Positions 1-8,753 of a DNA stretch of 43,158 nt are shown piece by piece; within the stretch, counting starts at the first letter, position 1; the number at the start of each line of letters is the position of its first letter. The notes under the pieces were generated by a model, which was given only the letters and a program-made list of their open reading frames with translations, made no database searches and was not told the origin of the DNA. The position numbers and the translations under genes were made by a program. Origin of the DNA: an uncultured Candidatus Bathyarchaeia archaeon (GTDB lineage: Archaea > Thermoproteota > Bathyarchaeia > TCS64); contig CAZTZC010000003.1 in assembly GCA_964618045.1 (NCBI GenBank), positions 1 through 43,158 on the forward strand, in the 5' to 3' direction.

Positions 1-903
1 GGATGGGCCGGGTGCAGCACTCGTTGTGCCCCGGCAGCACGAGCACCCTGATGATTAGCTCCCCGTGCTCGTGAGCCATCATGTGGTTCCGCGTGCAAGC
101 CTCCCAGTAGCCGGGGGCGTCGCTGATGGCCGCGGCGCACTCGTCGTTGCCGTACTTGAAGTCCAGGAGGTAGACGTCTATGAAGCCGGCGAGGAGCCTG
201 GAGACCTCCTCCGAGTAGTAGCTGTTGCTGTTCCAGACGGTGGCGATGCTGTTGTCCACGTGCCTGAACGCCTCCAGCCACTGCCAAGTCACAGGCGTCG
301 GATCGCCGCCTACCATGTTCAGGTTCCTGCAGCCTTTGTCTGCGAGGTCTTTTACCTGGACAGCCATGAGCTCGGGGGTGACGCTGGCGCCGCTGCTCAT
401 CCACTGGCTGATGTCCCAGTTCTGGCAGTGGATGCACCTCATGCTGCAGCCCCCCGTGAAGACGGTGCCGCTGGGCACCAGCTCGGGCTCCTCCCCCATG
501 TGGGGGAAAGCCGAGTAGAGGCTGAAGTTTCTGCCGGCGCCGCAGTAGCCTTTGTCGCCTCGGAGCCGGTTCACGCCGCAGCTGCGCTCGCAGAACCTGC
601 ACTCTCTCATGAGGCGGTGCCCCAGCAGCACCTTGAGATCGTACCAAGACCGATCCACAGGCTTGGGCTTCCTCCGCGAGGCATCAACGGATTCTTGGAC
701 GAGCCTATACCCGGCGAGCAGGCCGTCGTGGGTCTCCCAGAGCTCCTCGACAGGGTCCCTTCTGCCGTACTCGGCCTCGATGGACTTGGCTACCAGGTGC
801 TTCGCCTGCCTCTTCGCCCTAACGACGTCTATGTACCGCGGGAGGGCACGTTGAACACCGGGATCGTCGAGGATGCCCCTTGCGTCGGGACGCGTTACCC
901 ACA
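1..903 (-). CDS. radical SAM protein, PflX/COG1313-like (partial, C-terminus beyond window edge)
   Basis: Absent from the ORF track because it runs off the edge. My minus-strand translation from ATG (complement of 903-901) reads MWVTRPDARGILDDPGVQRALPRYIDVV...RFCERSCGVNRLRGDKGYCGAG...TGGCSMRCIHCQNWDISQ...NMVGGDPTP, with no stop down to base 1. It has the CX3CX2C radical SAM motif. The listed + ORF 65..931 is its antisense shadow. Confidence 0.75.
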
Positions 904-1015
904 TCAAGAAACCAGTGGGTGCCCCAGTTAAAGGAGTTTCACTGTGGCAGCCGATAATATTCGGATGGGCCAGACGCCTTGACGGTCAATAAAAAGGATT
1001 GCGTGATGATGGTTT

Positions 1016-1333
1016 CTAGTTGATCCGCTCCAGCATGAAGGAGACGGGGCGGACTCCGTCGGTGCAGCAGGCGACCGTCTTCCCCTCCTCGGCCCACGGG
1101 AAGTTGCCGCCGAAATAGAGGACGGACAGACTCTTGAATAGGTCGTTCCAGGCCCAGACGCAGAACCCCTCGGGCTTCACGCCGTTCTCGACGATGAACT
1201 CCTGTCCCTCCTCGAAGGCGGGGCAGATCTCGAACTTCCTGTCCGTCCCGGGCACGTTGGGGACGTCTCCGTCGAAGATGATGGACGGGTCGACTTTTTT
1301 CAGGACGGTGATCTTCACTTTGGGTCTTGGCAT
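1016..1333 (-). CDS. small Cys-rich protein resembling the TIGR04076 family
   Basis: 105-aa ORF with EICPAFEEGQEF, PEGFCVWAW and VACCTDGVRPVSF segments. From memory this pattern matches the about 90-100 aa TIGR04076 family. It lies upstream of, and on the same strand as, the radical SAM gene at 1..903. Confidence 0.55.
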   Translation of the reverse strand: MPRPKVKITVLKKVDPSIIFDGDVPNVPGTDRKFEICPAFEEGQEFIVENGVKPEGFCVWAWNDLFKSLSVLYFGGNFPWAEEGKTVACCTDGVRPVSFMLERIN

Positions 1334-1357
1334 ACGTTTGTTTCCTCCTGGTATGTA

Positions 1358-1401
1358 TACCGCATACGGTACATAATTTAAGGTTTACGGTATATACCGT
1401 A
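1358..1401. promoter_or_regulatory. two TACCG/CGGTA palindromic boxes in a divergent promoter region
   Basis: TACCGCATACGGTA (1358-1371) has 6 of 7 arm pairs complementary. TACGGTATATACCGTA (1386-1401) is a perfect 16-bp palindrome. Both lie in the 83-bp gap between divergent genes, and an AT-rich TATA-like stretch follows at 1391-1410. Confidence 0.4.
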
Positions 1402-1416
1402 TAGTATAATTAGGGG

Positions 1417-1617
1417 ATGTTTAAAAGGTCACACGACCATATAATGCCTGAAATGGCCAAGAAGAAGACCTCGATCTACATAGACGAAGAACTCTGGAAC
1501 GAGTGGATGCACTTCGTTCTCGACGACTCTAGCTACGGATCATCGCGTAAGGCTAGCGAGGCTCTCGAGGACGCCATGCGATGTTACCTGAGCCAAAAAA
1601 AGGGGAAGACTATCTAG
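1417..1617 (+). CDS. ribbon-helix-helix (CopG/Arc-like) DNA-binding protein
   Basis: KKKTSIYIDEELWNEWMHF fits a basic N-terminal beta-strand followed by helices, as in RHH proteins. The real start may be an internal Met at 1444 or 1453, given the TATA-like element at about 1391-1410. Confidence 0.5.
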   Translation: MFKRSHDHIMPEMAKKKTSIYIDEELWNEWMHFVLDDSSYGSSRKASEALEDAMRCYLSQKKGKTI

Positions 1618-1664
1618 CACATCTAAACCAGCAACCGTTATTACACTCAGATGAGCCAGACATC

Positions 1665-2711
1665 ATGAGAGACATGGAGTCCAGGTTCGTGGAGAGGCTC
1701 ACCGAGGACACGGTGCGGTGCACCATCTGCCCCAGGATGTGCATCGTGAAGCCGGGCCAGAAGGGGTTCTGCGGCACAAAGGAGAACGTGGACGGAAAGC
1801 TCATCAGCCTCACCTATGGTCAGCTCTCGGCTTTCGCCGTGGACCCCATAGAGAAGAAGCCCCTCGCACACTTCTACCCCGGAAGCATGAGCCTCAGCGT
1901 CAGCAGCGTGGGCTGCAGCTTCACCTGTCCGTGGTGCCAGAACTGGCACATAAGCATGAGCAACTTGGAGCAGAGCCACACCCGGTTCATGCATCCGGAG
2001 GAGGTGGTGGAGGCCGCCATGGTTCAGGAGTGTACAAGTATCAGCTACACCTACAACGAGCCCCTCATCAACCTCAACTACGTGGAGGACACCGCCCGCT
2101 TCGCCCACGAGTCAGAGATAAAGAACGTCCTCGTCACAAACGGCTACGTCAGCATACCGGCTCTGGATAGAGTTGTGGACGTCATCGACGCCGCGAACGT
2201 GGACTGGAAGGCGTTCAACCACGAGTTTTACAGAAAATACTGCAGCGGCGAGCTACAGAGCGTCCTCGACGCCACGGAGCACATGAAGAAGAACGGCGTC
2301 CACGTCGAGGTGACGTTCCTCGTGATACCCGAGACCAACGACAGCCCTGACGAGACCAGGGATATGGCTCGCTACATGGTCGAGCACTTGGGCCCCGAGA
2401 CGCCGCTTCACCTTAGCAGGTTCTTCCCCATGTACAAGTTCCAGCACGTCCCACCGACGCCGGTGGAGACCTTGGTTAGGGCTAGGGAGATAGCCATGGG
2501 GGAGGGGGTCCGATACGTGTTCGTGGGCAACGTCAGGGGCGGCGGCTACGAGGACACGGTATGCCACGTGTGCGGCAAAACAGTCATCAGCCGGTCAGGA
2601 TACACGATAACGGGCTGGTACCTGGACGAGGACAAGAGGTGCGTCTACTGCGGCACCGAGATACCCATCGTAGGCCACAGGGAGTTCCACCGGCAGAACT
2701 ACGTCCTATAA
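1665..2711 (+). CDS. AmmeMemoRadiSam system radical SAM enzyme (PflA-like activase family)
   Basis: It has CTICPRMCIVKPGQKGFCG followed by SVGCSFTCPWCQNWHIS (CX3CX2C) and a C-terminal Cys cluster CHVCG...CVYCG. The ORF opens at 1581, but that start overlaps the RHH gene. The ATG at 1665 gives a typical length of about 348 aa. Confidence 0.8.
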   Translation: MRDMESRFVERLTEDTVRCTICPRMCIVKPGQKGFCGTKENVDGKLISLTYGQLSAFAVDPIEKKPLAHFYPGSMSLSVSSVGCSFTCPWCQNWHISMSNLEQSHTRFMHPEEVVEAAMVQECTSISYTYNEPLINLNYVEDTARFAHESEIKNVLVTNGYVSIPALDRVVDVIDAANVDWKAFNHEFYRKYCSGELQSVLDATEHMKKNGVHVEVTFLVIPETNDSPDETRDMARYMVEHLGPETPLHLSRFFPMYKFQHVPPTPVETLVRAREIAMGEGVRYVFVGNVRGGGYEDTVCHVCGKTVISRSGYTITGWYLDEDKRCVYCGTEIPIVGHREFHRQNYVL

Positions 2712-2766
2712 CATGTTTATTAACCCGCCGTAATGCAATCAATCATACAATCCAGAGTTGAAAACG

Positions 2767-3381
2767 ATGAGCGTAGAACGAAATGTAGTATACTTCGAGA
2801 AGCCGGGAAAGGAGCACACAGAGGCGACGCTGAGGATCGCGGTGGAGGCCGCCAAGGAACGAGGCATCGACACAGTCCTCGTATCAAGCACAACGGGCTA
2901 CACCGCCGAGAAGGCGGCTGAGATTTTCAAGGGGAGCGGGCTGAAGCTCGTGATCGTGACCCACCAGACGGGGTACAGGGACCCCGGAGTCCAGCTATTC
3001 CCAGACGAGCTCAGGAAGAAGCTGGTGAAACAGGGGGTCGAAGTGGTCACGTGCACCGATGTGCTCACGGGCACCGTGGACGTAGGCATGAGCCGCCAGA
3101 GGCCCCCCAAGACCGAGTCTCTGGACGCGCGGCTGCCCTACATAATGCCGCCGACCAACGTGGTGATCGCAAACACTCTGCGGCTCTTCAGCCAGGGCGT
3201 GAAGGTCTGCGCCGAGATAGCCATGATGGCGGTGGACAGCAACGCCGTGCCTTCGGGGAAGATGGTGGCGTGCGTAGCCGGGAGCCACGATGGCGTAGAC
3301 ACTGCCATGGTGTTGACCGCCGCCGAGTCGGGCAGGATCAGGGACATGAAGCTCCACGAGATTCTGTGCAAACCCTTCTAA
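2767..3381 (+). CDS. pyruvate kinase alpha/beta (C-terminal) domain-like protein
   Basis: VVYFEKPGKEHTEATLRIAVEAAKERGIDTVLVSSTTG...LRLFSQGVKVCAEIAMMA...HEILCKP matches the standalone archaeal PK C-terminal-domain family as I recall it. The ATG at 2767 follows a TTG at 2758. Confidence 0.7.
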   Translation: MSVERNVVYFEKPGKEHTEATLRIAVEAAKERGIDTVLVSSTTGYTAEKAAEIFKGSGLKLVIVTHQTGYRDPGVQLFPDELRKKLVKQGVEVVTCTDVLTGTVDVGMSRQRPPKTESLDARLPYIMPPTNVVIANTLRLFSQGVKVCAEIAMMAVDSNAVPSGKMVACVAGSHDGVDTAMVLTAAESGRIRDMKLHEILCKPF

Positions 3382-3429
3382 CCTTTTCAATCACTTATTA
3401 TCAGCCGATCCCGTGTCATATTTGATGTG

Positions 3430-4332
3430 ATGATAGACTACGGCGTACAGATCGAGCCCCAGTATGGGTACACCTGGGAAATGATAAGAGAGACAGCCCT
3501 CGCCGCCGAATCGGCTGGATTCGAGAGCCTCTGGGCGTCGGACCACTTCCTCATCCGCCCAGGGGCTGTTGACGTCAACTGCTTGGAGGCCTGGACGGTG
3601 CTCACGGCGGTCGCCGTCGCAACCGAGAGACTCAGGGTGGGCGCCATGGTGGCGTCTCAGAGCTACAGGAACCCCGTGCTACACGCAAAGATGGCGGCGA
3701 GCCTCGACCACGTCAGCGGAGGCCGGGTCTACTTCGGCATCGGCGCTGGATGGAAGGAAGTGGAGTATAATGCATACAATATCCCTTTCCCGCGCCCAGG
3801 GAAACGTGTGAGGCAGCTTGAGGAGGCCATCATCATAGCCAAGAAGCTGTGGACGGAGCTCCAGGCTGACTACCAGGGCAGGTATTACAGCGTCAACGAC
3901 TGTGTCTTCATGCCCAAGCCGGTGCAGGACCCGTTGCCAGTTCTCGTGGGGGGCATGGGGGCTAAGCTTCTCAAGGTCTCGGCGAGGTATGCGGATGTCG
4001 TGAACTTCGCGTGGAACACGCCTCTGGACACCTATGAGGAGAGGCTAGGCGTCCTGGCTAAGCATTGCGAAAAGATTGGACGAGACTATGGCTCCATCAG
4101 GAAGTCGGCTGGGCTTCACCTGGCGCTTGAAGGCGTCGAGCCCGGCATTGTAGCACCCTACATGAAGTACTCCGGTGAGAGGAAGTGGGAGTATAAGACG
4201 CCGGAGGAGGCCGCCGAGTTCATCAATGGATACGTCGACCTCGGCGTCGACCACTTCGTCATAGTGTTCCCCTACGGCTCGGAGCCTGAGAGCGTCGGGT
4301 TCTTCATGGAGCACGTGGCGCCCCTCGTATAA
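3430..4332 (+). CDS. LLM-class (luciferase-like) flavin/F420-dependent oxidoreductase
   Basis: The N-terminus AAESAGFESLWASDHF and the segment GRVYFGIGAGW are typical of LLM family proteins. Confidence 0.8.
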   Translation: MIDYGVQIEPQYGYTWEMIRETALAAESAGFESLWASDHFLIRPGAVDVNCLEAWTVLTAVAVATERLRVGAMVASQSYRNPVLHAKMAASLDHVSGGRVYFGIGAGWKEVEYNAYNIPFPRPGKRVRQLEEAIIIAKKLWTELQADYQGRYYSVNDCVFMPKPVQDPLPVLVGGMGAKLLKVSARYADVVNFAWNTPLDTYEERLGVLAKHCEKIGRDYGSIRKSAGLHLALEGVEPGIVAPYMKYSGERKWEYKTPEEAAEFINGYVDLGVDHFVIVFPYGSEPESVGFFMEHVAPLV

Positions 4333-4379
4333 CCCCTTTTATCGTTGGTCCGCTTTCATCTACGTTGACGGGTGAGGCG

Positions 4380-5045
4380 ATGAACAGACGCGGCTGGGTG
4401 AGCATACTAGGCGTAGTCGTCGTCGCACTGATCTCCGGGGCGCTCCTGTGGAGGCTAATGGTGCAGGGTGAGGCCCTGGGCAGGCTCGGGCTCATAGGTG
4501 TCTTCGTGGCGTCGATGCTGAGCCACCTCACCGTCGTCGCCCGGGACATGTTCATACCCCTCTACCTGCCGCTGGCGTCGGTCTACCACCCAGTCGTGTT
4601 GGGCTCGGCGGCAGGCACCGGTGCAGCCATCGGCGAGGTGACCACCTACTTCCTTGGCTGGGGAGTCGCCGAGTCCATGGAGAAAATGAGCGGTACAGAG
4701 GACAAGATAGCTAAATGGATAAAAAAGTACGGGCTGTGGGCCGTCCTCCTCGTGGCGTTGACGCCGCTGCCTGACACGCCCATAGTGATACTGGCGGGGT
4801 CGAGGAAGCTTCCCTTCAGGAGGCTCCTCGCCGTCGAGGTGGCGGGCAAGTCCGCGCTCTACAGCGTGGGTGCCGTGGTGGGCGGCGCCGTGTACGGCGG
4901 CCTCGAGAGCAGCCTCGGAACGGTTGCTGCGTCCGGGCTCATGGTCGTCGGCAGCCTGGTCTTCTGCGTTGCTGTCACATGGAAGCCCAGCAGGGACTGG
5001 ATATTCGGCTTGATGGAGAAGCTAGTCCCCGGTCTCGGTGGATGA
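4380..5045 (+). CDS. DedA/VTT-domain membrane protein
   Basis: Multi-pass hydrophobic protein with YFLGWG...KYGLWAVLLVALTPLPDTPIVILAGSRKLP. The ATG at 4380 is preceded by a GGTGAGG Shine-Dalgarno-like sequence. The ORF formally opens at a TTG at 4365. Confidence 0.65.
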   Translation: MNRRGWVSILGVVVVALISGALLWRLMVQGEALGRLGLIGVFVASMLSHLTVVARDMFIPLYLPLASVYHPVVLGSAAGTGAAIGEVTTYFLGWGVAESMEKMSGTEDKIAKWIKKYGLWAVLLVALTPLPDTPIVILAGSRKLPFRRLLAVEVAGKSALYSVGAVVGGAVYGGLESSLGTVAASGLMVVGSLVFCVAVTWKPSRDWIFGLMEKLVPGLGG

Positions 5046-5138
5046 ACATGTTCGTCCATTGTCGACCAGCGTAACGCTGTTTGTCGAAGTGCTTAAATAC
5101 GCTGTTCGTAACCACCGATGGACTGCGGAGGATTAGTG

Positions 5139-6116
5139 ATGTTTACGGCAGGGATCAAGGGCATAGGCAGCTATGTTCCGTCTAAGGTGATGACAAACGA
5201 CGACTGGGCCCAGATAGTTGAGACCAGTGACGAGTGGATAACCACGAAGACCGGGATCAGTGAGCGGAGGATCGCGGATGAGGGCGTCTGCACCAGCGAC
5301 CTAGCGGTGAAGGCGGCGACCCCGGCGCTGAGGGAGGCGGGCGTGGAGCCCGAGGACCTGGACCTCGTGGTGCTCGCGACGAGCAGCCCCGACGTGCCCA
5401 TGAGCAGCACCGCGGCGATAGTACAGCACAAGCTGGGCGCCGTCAACGCGGGCGCCTTCGACGTATTGGCGGTGTGCAGCGGCTTCGTCCACGCCCTCGA
5501 CGTGGGCGCCCGTTACGCGGTGGACCCCCACATCGACAACGTGCTGGTGGCCGCCTCCGAGGTGTACAGCAAGATACTCAACTGGAAGGACAGGACCACA
5601 TGCGTCTTCTTCGGTGACGGCGCCGGAGCGACGGTGCTCCAGAAGGCAGAGGAAGGCGGCGTAATAGGCAGCTGGCTAAGGGCCGACGGCGGAGGCTCGA
5701 AGGTCATCGAGATACCAGCCGGGGGAACCAGGAACCCCATAAGCCACGAGCTCATCGACGATGGGAAGCAGTACTTCCACATGGACGGCAGGGCCGTCTG
5801 GGACTTCGCCATAGAGGCGTTCCCACAGGCAGTCAGGGGCGTCCTGGACAGGTACGGCTACGCGCTGGACGACGTGGACATGATCATACCCCACCAGGCC
5901 AACATCAACATAATAAAGGTGGGCATGGAGAAGCTGGGCCTCCCCATGGAGCGCGCCCACACGAACCTCCACAAGTACGGCAACATGGCTGGGGCCAGCA
6001 TACCAGTGGCCCTCCACGAGGCGATACAGGTGGGCAAGATAAGTAGAGGCGACCTGGTGGTCACCGTCGGGTTCGGCGGCGGCCTCACCTGGGGCGCGAA
6101 CCTGATCCAGCTCTAA
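5139..6116 (+). CDS. beta-ketoacyl synthase III (FabH-like) condensing enzyme
   Basis: The sequence includes SDEWITTKTGISERR. The Cys/His/Asn triad context is AVCSGF, HQANINII and YGNMAGASIP. A GGAGG lies 8 nt before the ATG at 5139. Confidence 0.8.
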   Translation: MFTAGIKGIGSYVPSKVMTNDDWAQIVETSDEWITTKTGISERRIADEGVCTSDLAVKAATPALREAGVEPEDLDLVVLATSSPDVPMSSTAAIVQHKLGAVNAGAFDVLAVCSGFVHALDVGARYAVDPHIDNVLVAASEVYSKILNWKDRTTCVFFGDGAGATVLQKAEEGGVIGSWLRADGGGSKVIEIPAGGTRNPISHELIDDGKQYFHMDGRAVWDFAIEAFPQAVRGVLDRYGYALDDVDMIIPHQANINIIKVGMEKLGLPMERAHTNLHKYGNMAGASIPVALHEAIQVGKISRGDLVVTVGFGGGLTWGANLIQL

Positions 6117-7828
6117 CCTTTTTTATGCTTGAGAAGCTCCTCGACGGTTAACGTGTTCGCGACGTCGGCGGCCTCGAGCCAGCCGCGTCTGGCCACGGAC
6201 ACCCCCAGAGGCAGAAACTCCAGCTCAGACGGCGAGTGGGCGTCGGTCCCCAGCGTCATCTTGACTCCGTGCTCCCTGGCTCGTCTGCTGTTGACGTCGC
6301 TCAGGTCCAGCCTGTCGGGGTAGCAGTTGATCTCCATCATGACGCCCCGCTCTGCGGCGGCCTCGAAGACCGCGTCCAGATCCAGCGCGTAGGGGCTGCG
6401 GCGCTGTATCAGCCGCCCCGTGGGGTGGGCCACGGTGTCGACGTGCTCGTTCTGCATAGCCTCGACTACTCGGCTGGTCATGGCCTGCTCCTCCATCTTG
6501 AAGCCGCTGTGGACGGCGGCCACCACCCAGTCAAGCTCCGCCAGCACCTCGTCGGAGATGTCCAGCCGCCCGTCTCTGCGGATGTCGCACTCCGTGCCCG
6601 CCAGCACCCGTATCTCCGGATGTTCCTCGTCCACCCGCCTCACCTCCTCCATCTGCTTCATGAGCCGTTCCTCGTCGAGGCCTTTGGCTATGCCCAGAGC
6701 CTTGGTGTGGTCGGTGACGGTGATGTACTCGAGGCCCATCTGGGTAGCTTTCTCCGCCATATCGGCGATGGAGGCGTGGCCGTCGCTCCAATCCGTGTGC
6801 ACGTGGAGATCACCCCGTACTTCTTCGAGAGTCACAAGCTCCGGGAGCCTGTCCTCCATGGCGGCCTCTATCTCGCCGGTGTTCTCCCGGAGCTCAGGCG
6901 GCATCCACCGCATGCCCAGAGCCTCGTAGATCCTGGCCTCGTCCTCGGCCTCAACGAGCTCGTCGTTGTGCCTCCTGAAGAGGCCGTACTCGTTGAGCTT
7001 GAAGCCGGCCTTGACGCCTATGGTGCGTAACTTTACGTTGTGCTCCTTGCTGCCCGTGAAGTACTGGAGGGCGGCGCCGTAGCTCTCCGGCGGGATCACC
7101 CTGATGTCTACCTGAAGCATGTTCTTCAGCACCACGGTGCTCTTGGTTGGCCCCTTCGCCAGCACCCGCTCGATGGGTGGCATAGAGACGAAGTGGTCGG
7201 TCGCCTTCTCAGGCTCCGTGGACGAAACCAGCACGTCCAGGTCGCCGACGGTCTCCTTGCGTCTGCGTGCCGAGCCGGCCATCTCGACGCGCCTCACCGC
7301 CTCGCAGTCACTCATGTAGGTGAGCATCCCCTGTATCACTGGGAGCACCTCCCCGAGGAGGAAACGTGTGCTGCGGCTCCGGTGCTCCTCTATGGCCTTG
7401 AGAATGTTCTCCTCCTTCTTGGGCCCGAAGCCCTTGAGCTCCCTGATCCTGTGCTGCCTAGCCGCCTCCTCGAGGGTCTTGATGCCTACGACGCCCAGCT
7501 CCTGATACAGCCTCATGGCGATCTTGGGGCCTATGCCCTCCAGCGTGATCATCTCCGGGACGCCCTGGGGGAGGCTCTCACGGAGCTCCTGGAGCACCGT
7601 GGACTCGCCCGAGTCCAGGAACTCCTCGATGGTCATGGCTATGCTCTTGCCTACGCCCGGGATCTGATCGAGTTCACCTCGCTCGGCTACGTCCCTGATG
7701 TCCTCGGTGAGGGCCGTGACCCGTTGGGACGCCATGCTGTAGGCGCGGCTCCTGAACCTGTCCCCCTTGATGGTGAGTATCTCGCTGATCTCGTAGAGTA
7801 TTGTGGCCACCTGGGCGTTGAGGCTCAT
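6113..7828 (-). CDS. polX: family X DNA polymerase with C-terminal PHP domain (PolX)
   Basis: It has HhH motifs ([26 protein letters not shown]), a nucleotidyltransferase core [17 protein letters not shown] and a PHP motif [14 protein letters not shown] prefer the start at Met15 (7828); the ORF opens at 7870. Confidence 0.85.
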   Translation of the reverse strand: MSLNAQVATILYEISEILTIKGDRFRSRAYSMASQRVTALTEDIRDVAERGELDQIPGVGKSIAMTIEEFLDSGESTVLQELRESLPQGVPEMITLEGIGPKIAMRLYQELGVVGIKTLEEAARQHRIRELKGFGPKKEENILKAIEEHRSRSTRFLLGEVLPVIQGMLTYMSDCEAVRRVEMAGSARRRKETVGDLDVLVSSTEPEKATDHFVSMPPIERVLAKGPTKSTVVLKNMLQVDIRVIPPESYGAALQYFTGSKEHNVKLRTIGVKAGFKLNEYGLFRRHNDELVEAEDEARIYEALGMRWMPPELRENTGEIEAAMEDRLPELVTLEEVRGDLHVHTDWSDGHASIADMAEKATQMGLEYITVTDHTKALGIAKGLDEERLMKQMEEVRRVDEEHPEIRVLAGTECDIRRDGRLDISDEVLAELDWVVAAVHSGFKMEEQAMTSRVVEAMQNEHVDTVAHPTGRLIQRRSPYALDLDAVFEAAAERGVMMEINCYPDRLDLSDVNSRRAREHGVKMTLGTDAHSPSELEFLPLGVSVARRGWLEAADVANTLTVEELLKHKKG

Positions 7829-7886
7829 ACATAGATCAAGTGATAGCCTAGAGATAAGAACTCCTTTCATTCACCACTAGTGGAGA

Positions 7887-8675
7887 TCACTTGACGTCTG
7901 TCCCCTGCTCCCAGTAATAGAGGAAGACGTCTCTGCACCACGCCAAGGCGTCAGCGTCTGTCGACGTGAAGCCCCTATAGTCGAACCTCCCATCGGCGTC
8001 GGGGAAGCAGAGTAGGGCGAGTTCCTTCTCGGACATGTAAATGATGGGCCCGGCCTCGAGGAGCCGTTCCTTGTACACTCCCTTGGTTTTTAGGCTTCTG
8101 ATTTGTTGATCGCTGAACACCCTGTTCCTCTCGTCCCTCATCTCGTCGGGCACGTGTAGAGTCTCGCCGTGGAGGAACCGACCCTCAACTCCTCTCTCGA
8201 AGCTCTCTCTTATGTACGGGAAGGCGCTTGAGATGTAAGGGAGTTTGAGGTCCCACACATACTCCTCGGCCTCCTGCAGTATCTTCTGGACTCTGTGTAT
8301 GGACACCATGACGTCGAGGTTGAGCGTGCATCCTCTGAGCTCCCCCATCCTAGACACGAACTTATCAGGTAGGCCATCCAATACGTGGCTCACGAAGTAT
8401 TCGCGGTGCTTCGACGTGAACTCCACGGCGTTGAGCTGCCTCAGCACGAGCTCCCCGTAGGGCGTGAGCTCGAGGAGGCCGTCAGTCCTCCTCGTCGTCA
8501 AGCCGTTCTCTGTGAGCCTCGAGAGGTGGCGGCTCACCTCTTGGGTTGTTATGTCCAGCTTCCGTGACAGGTCGCTGTACGTGGAGCGCTCCTTCCTCAG
8601 CTCCCTGAGGATGCTGACCCTGTCTTCGTTGCTCACCTCGAACATGAGGTCGTGGAACCGCTCCAAGTCGCTCAC
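7887..8675 (-). CDS. ArsR-type wHTH regulator with FilR1/DUF1724-like C-terminal domain
   Basis: The N-terminus NEDRVSILRELRKERSTYSDLSRKLDITTQEVSRHLSRLTENGL is a wHTH. The protein is about 260 aa, as in archaeal FilR1-like regulators. Confidence 0.65.
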   Translation of the reverse strand: MSDLERFHDLMFEVSNEDRVSILRELRKERSTYSDLSRKLDITTQEVSRHLSRLTENGLTTRRTDGLLELTPYGELVLRQLNAVEFTSKHREYFVSHVLDGLPDKFVSRMGELRGCTLNLDVMVSIHRVQKILQEAEEYVWDLKLPYISSAFPYIRESFERGVEGRFLHGETLHVPDEMRDERNRVFSDQQIRSLKTKGVYKERLLEAGPIIYMSEKELALLCFPDADGRFDYRGFTSTDADALAWCRDVFLYYWEQGTDVK

Positions 8676-8753
8676 GTGAACCGAGACAGGTATCGTTCGA
8701 GGTCTCTTTAAGCCTAACTATTCGCTGCTTCCCGGATACGCCTGTTCTGAGGG

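Noticed and set aside
65-931. 288-aa + strand ORF covering the left end
   Set aside because: Its composition is rich in Ala, Gly, Val, Pro and Arg and lacks motifs. The opposite strand encodes a clear radical SAM protein with CX3CX2C. It is an antisense shadow typical of high-GC DNA.
1581-1664. N-terminal extension of the AmmeMemoRadiSam radical SAM ORF
   Set aside because: It overlaps the RHH gene by 37 nt and adds about 28 residues with no counterpart in the family as I remember it. The internal ATG at 1665 is more plausible.
6236-7834. Two 264-aa + strand ORFs (6236-7030 and 7040-7834) opposite polX
   Set aside because: They are low-complexity shadows rich in Leu, Gly, His, Pro, Val and Arg, opposite a gene with unmistakable PolX and PHP motifs. 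The same reasoning applies to many other listed antisense ORFs. Examples are 1647-2108, 10665-11135, 12652-13164, 13258-13803, 26351-26989, 31468-32055, 36191-36874, 36805-37416 and 37370-37894.
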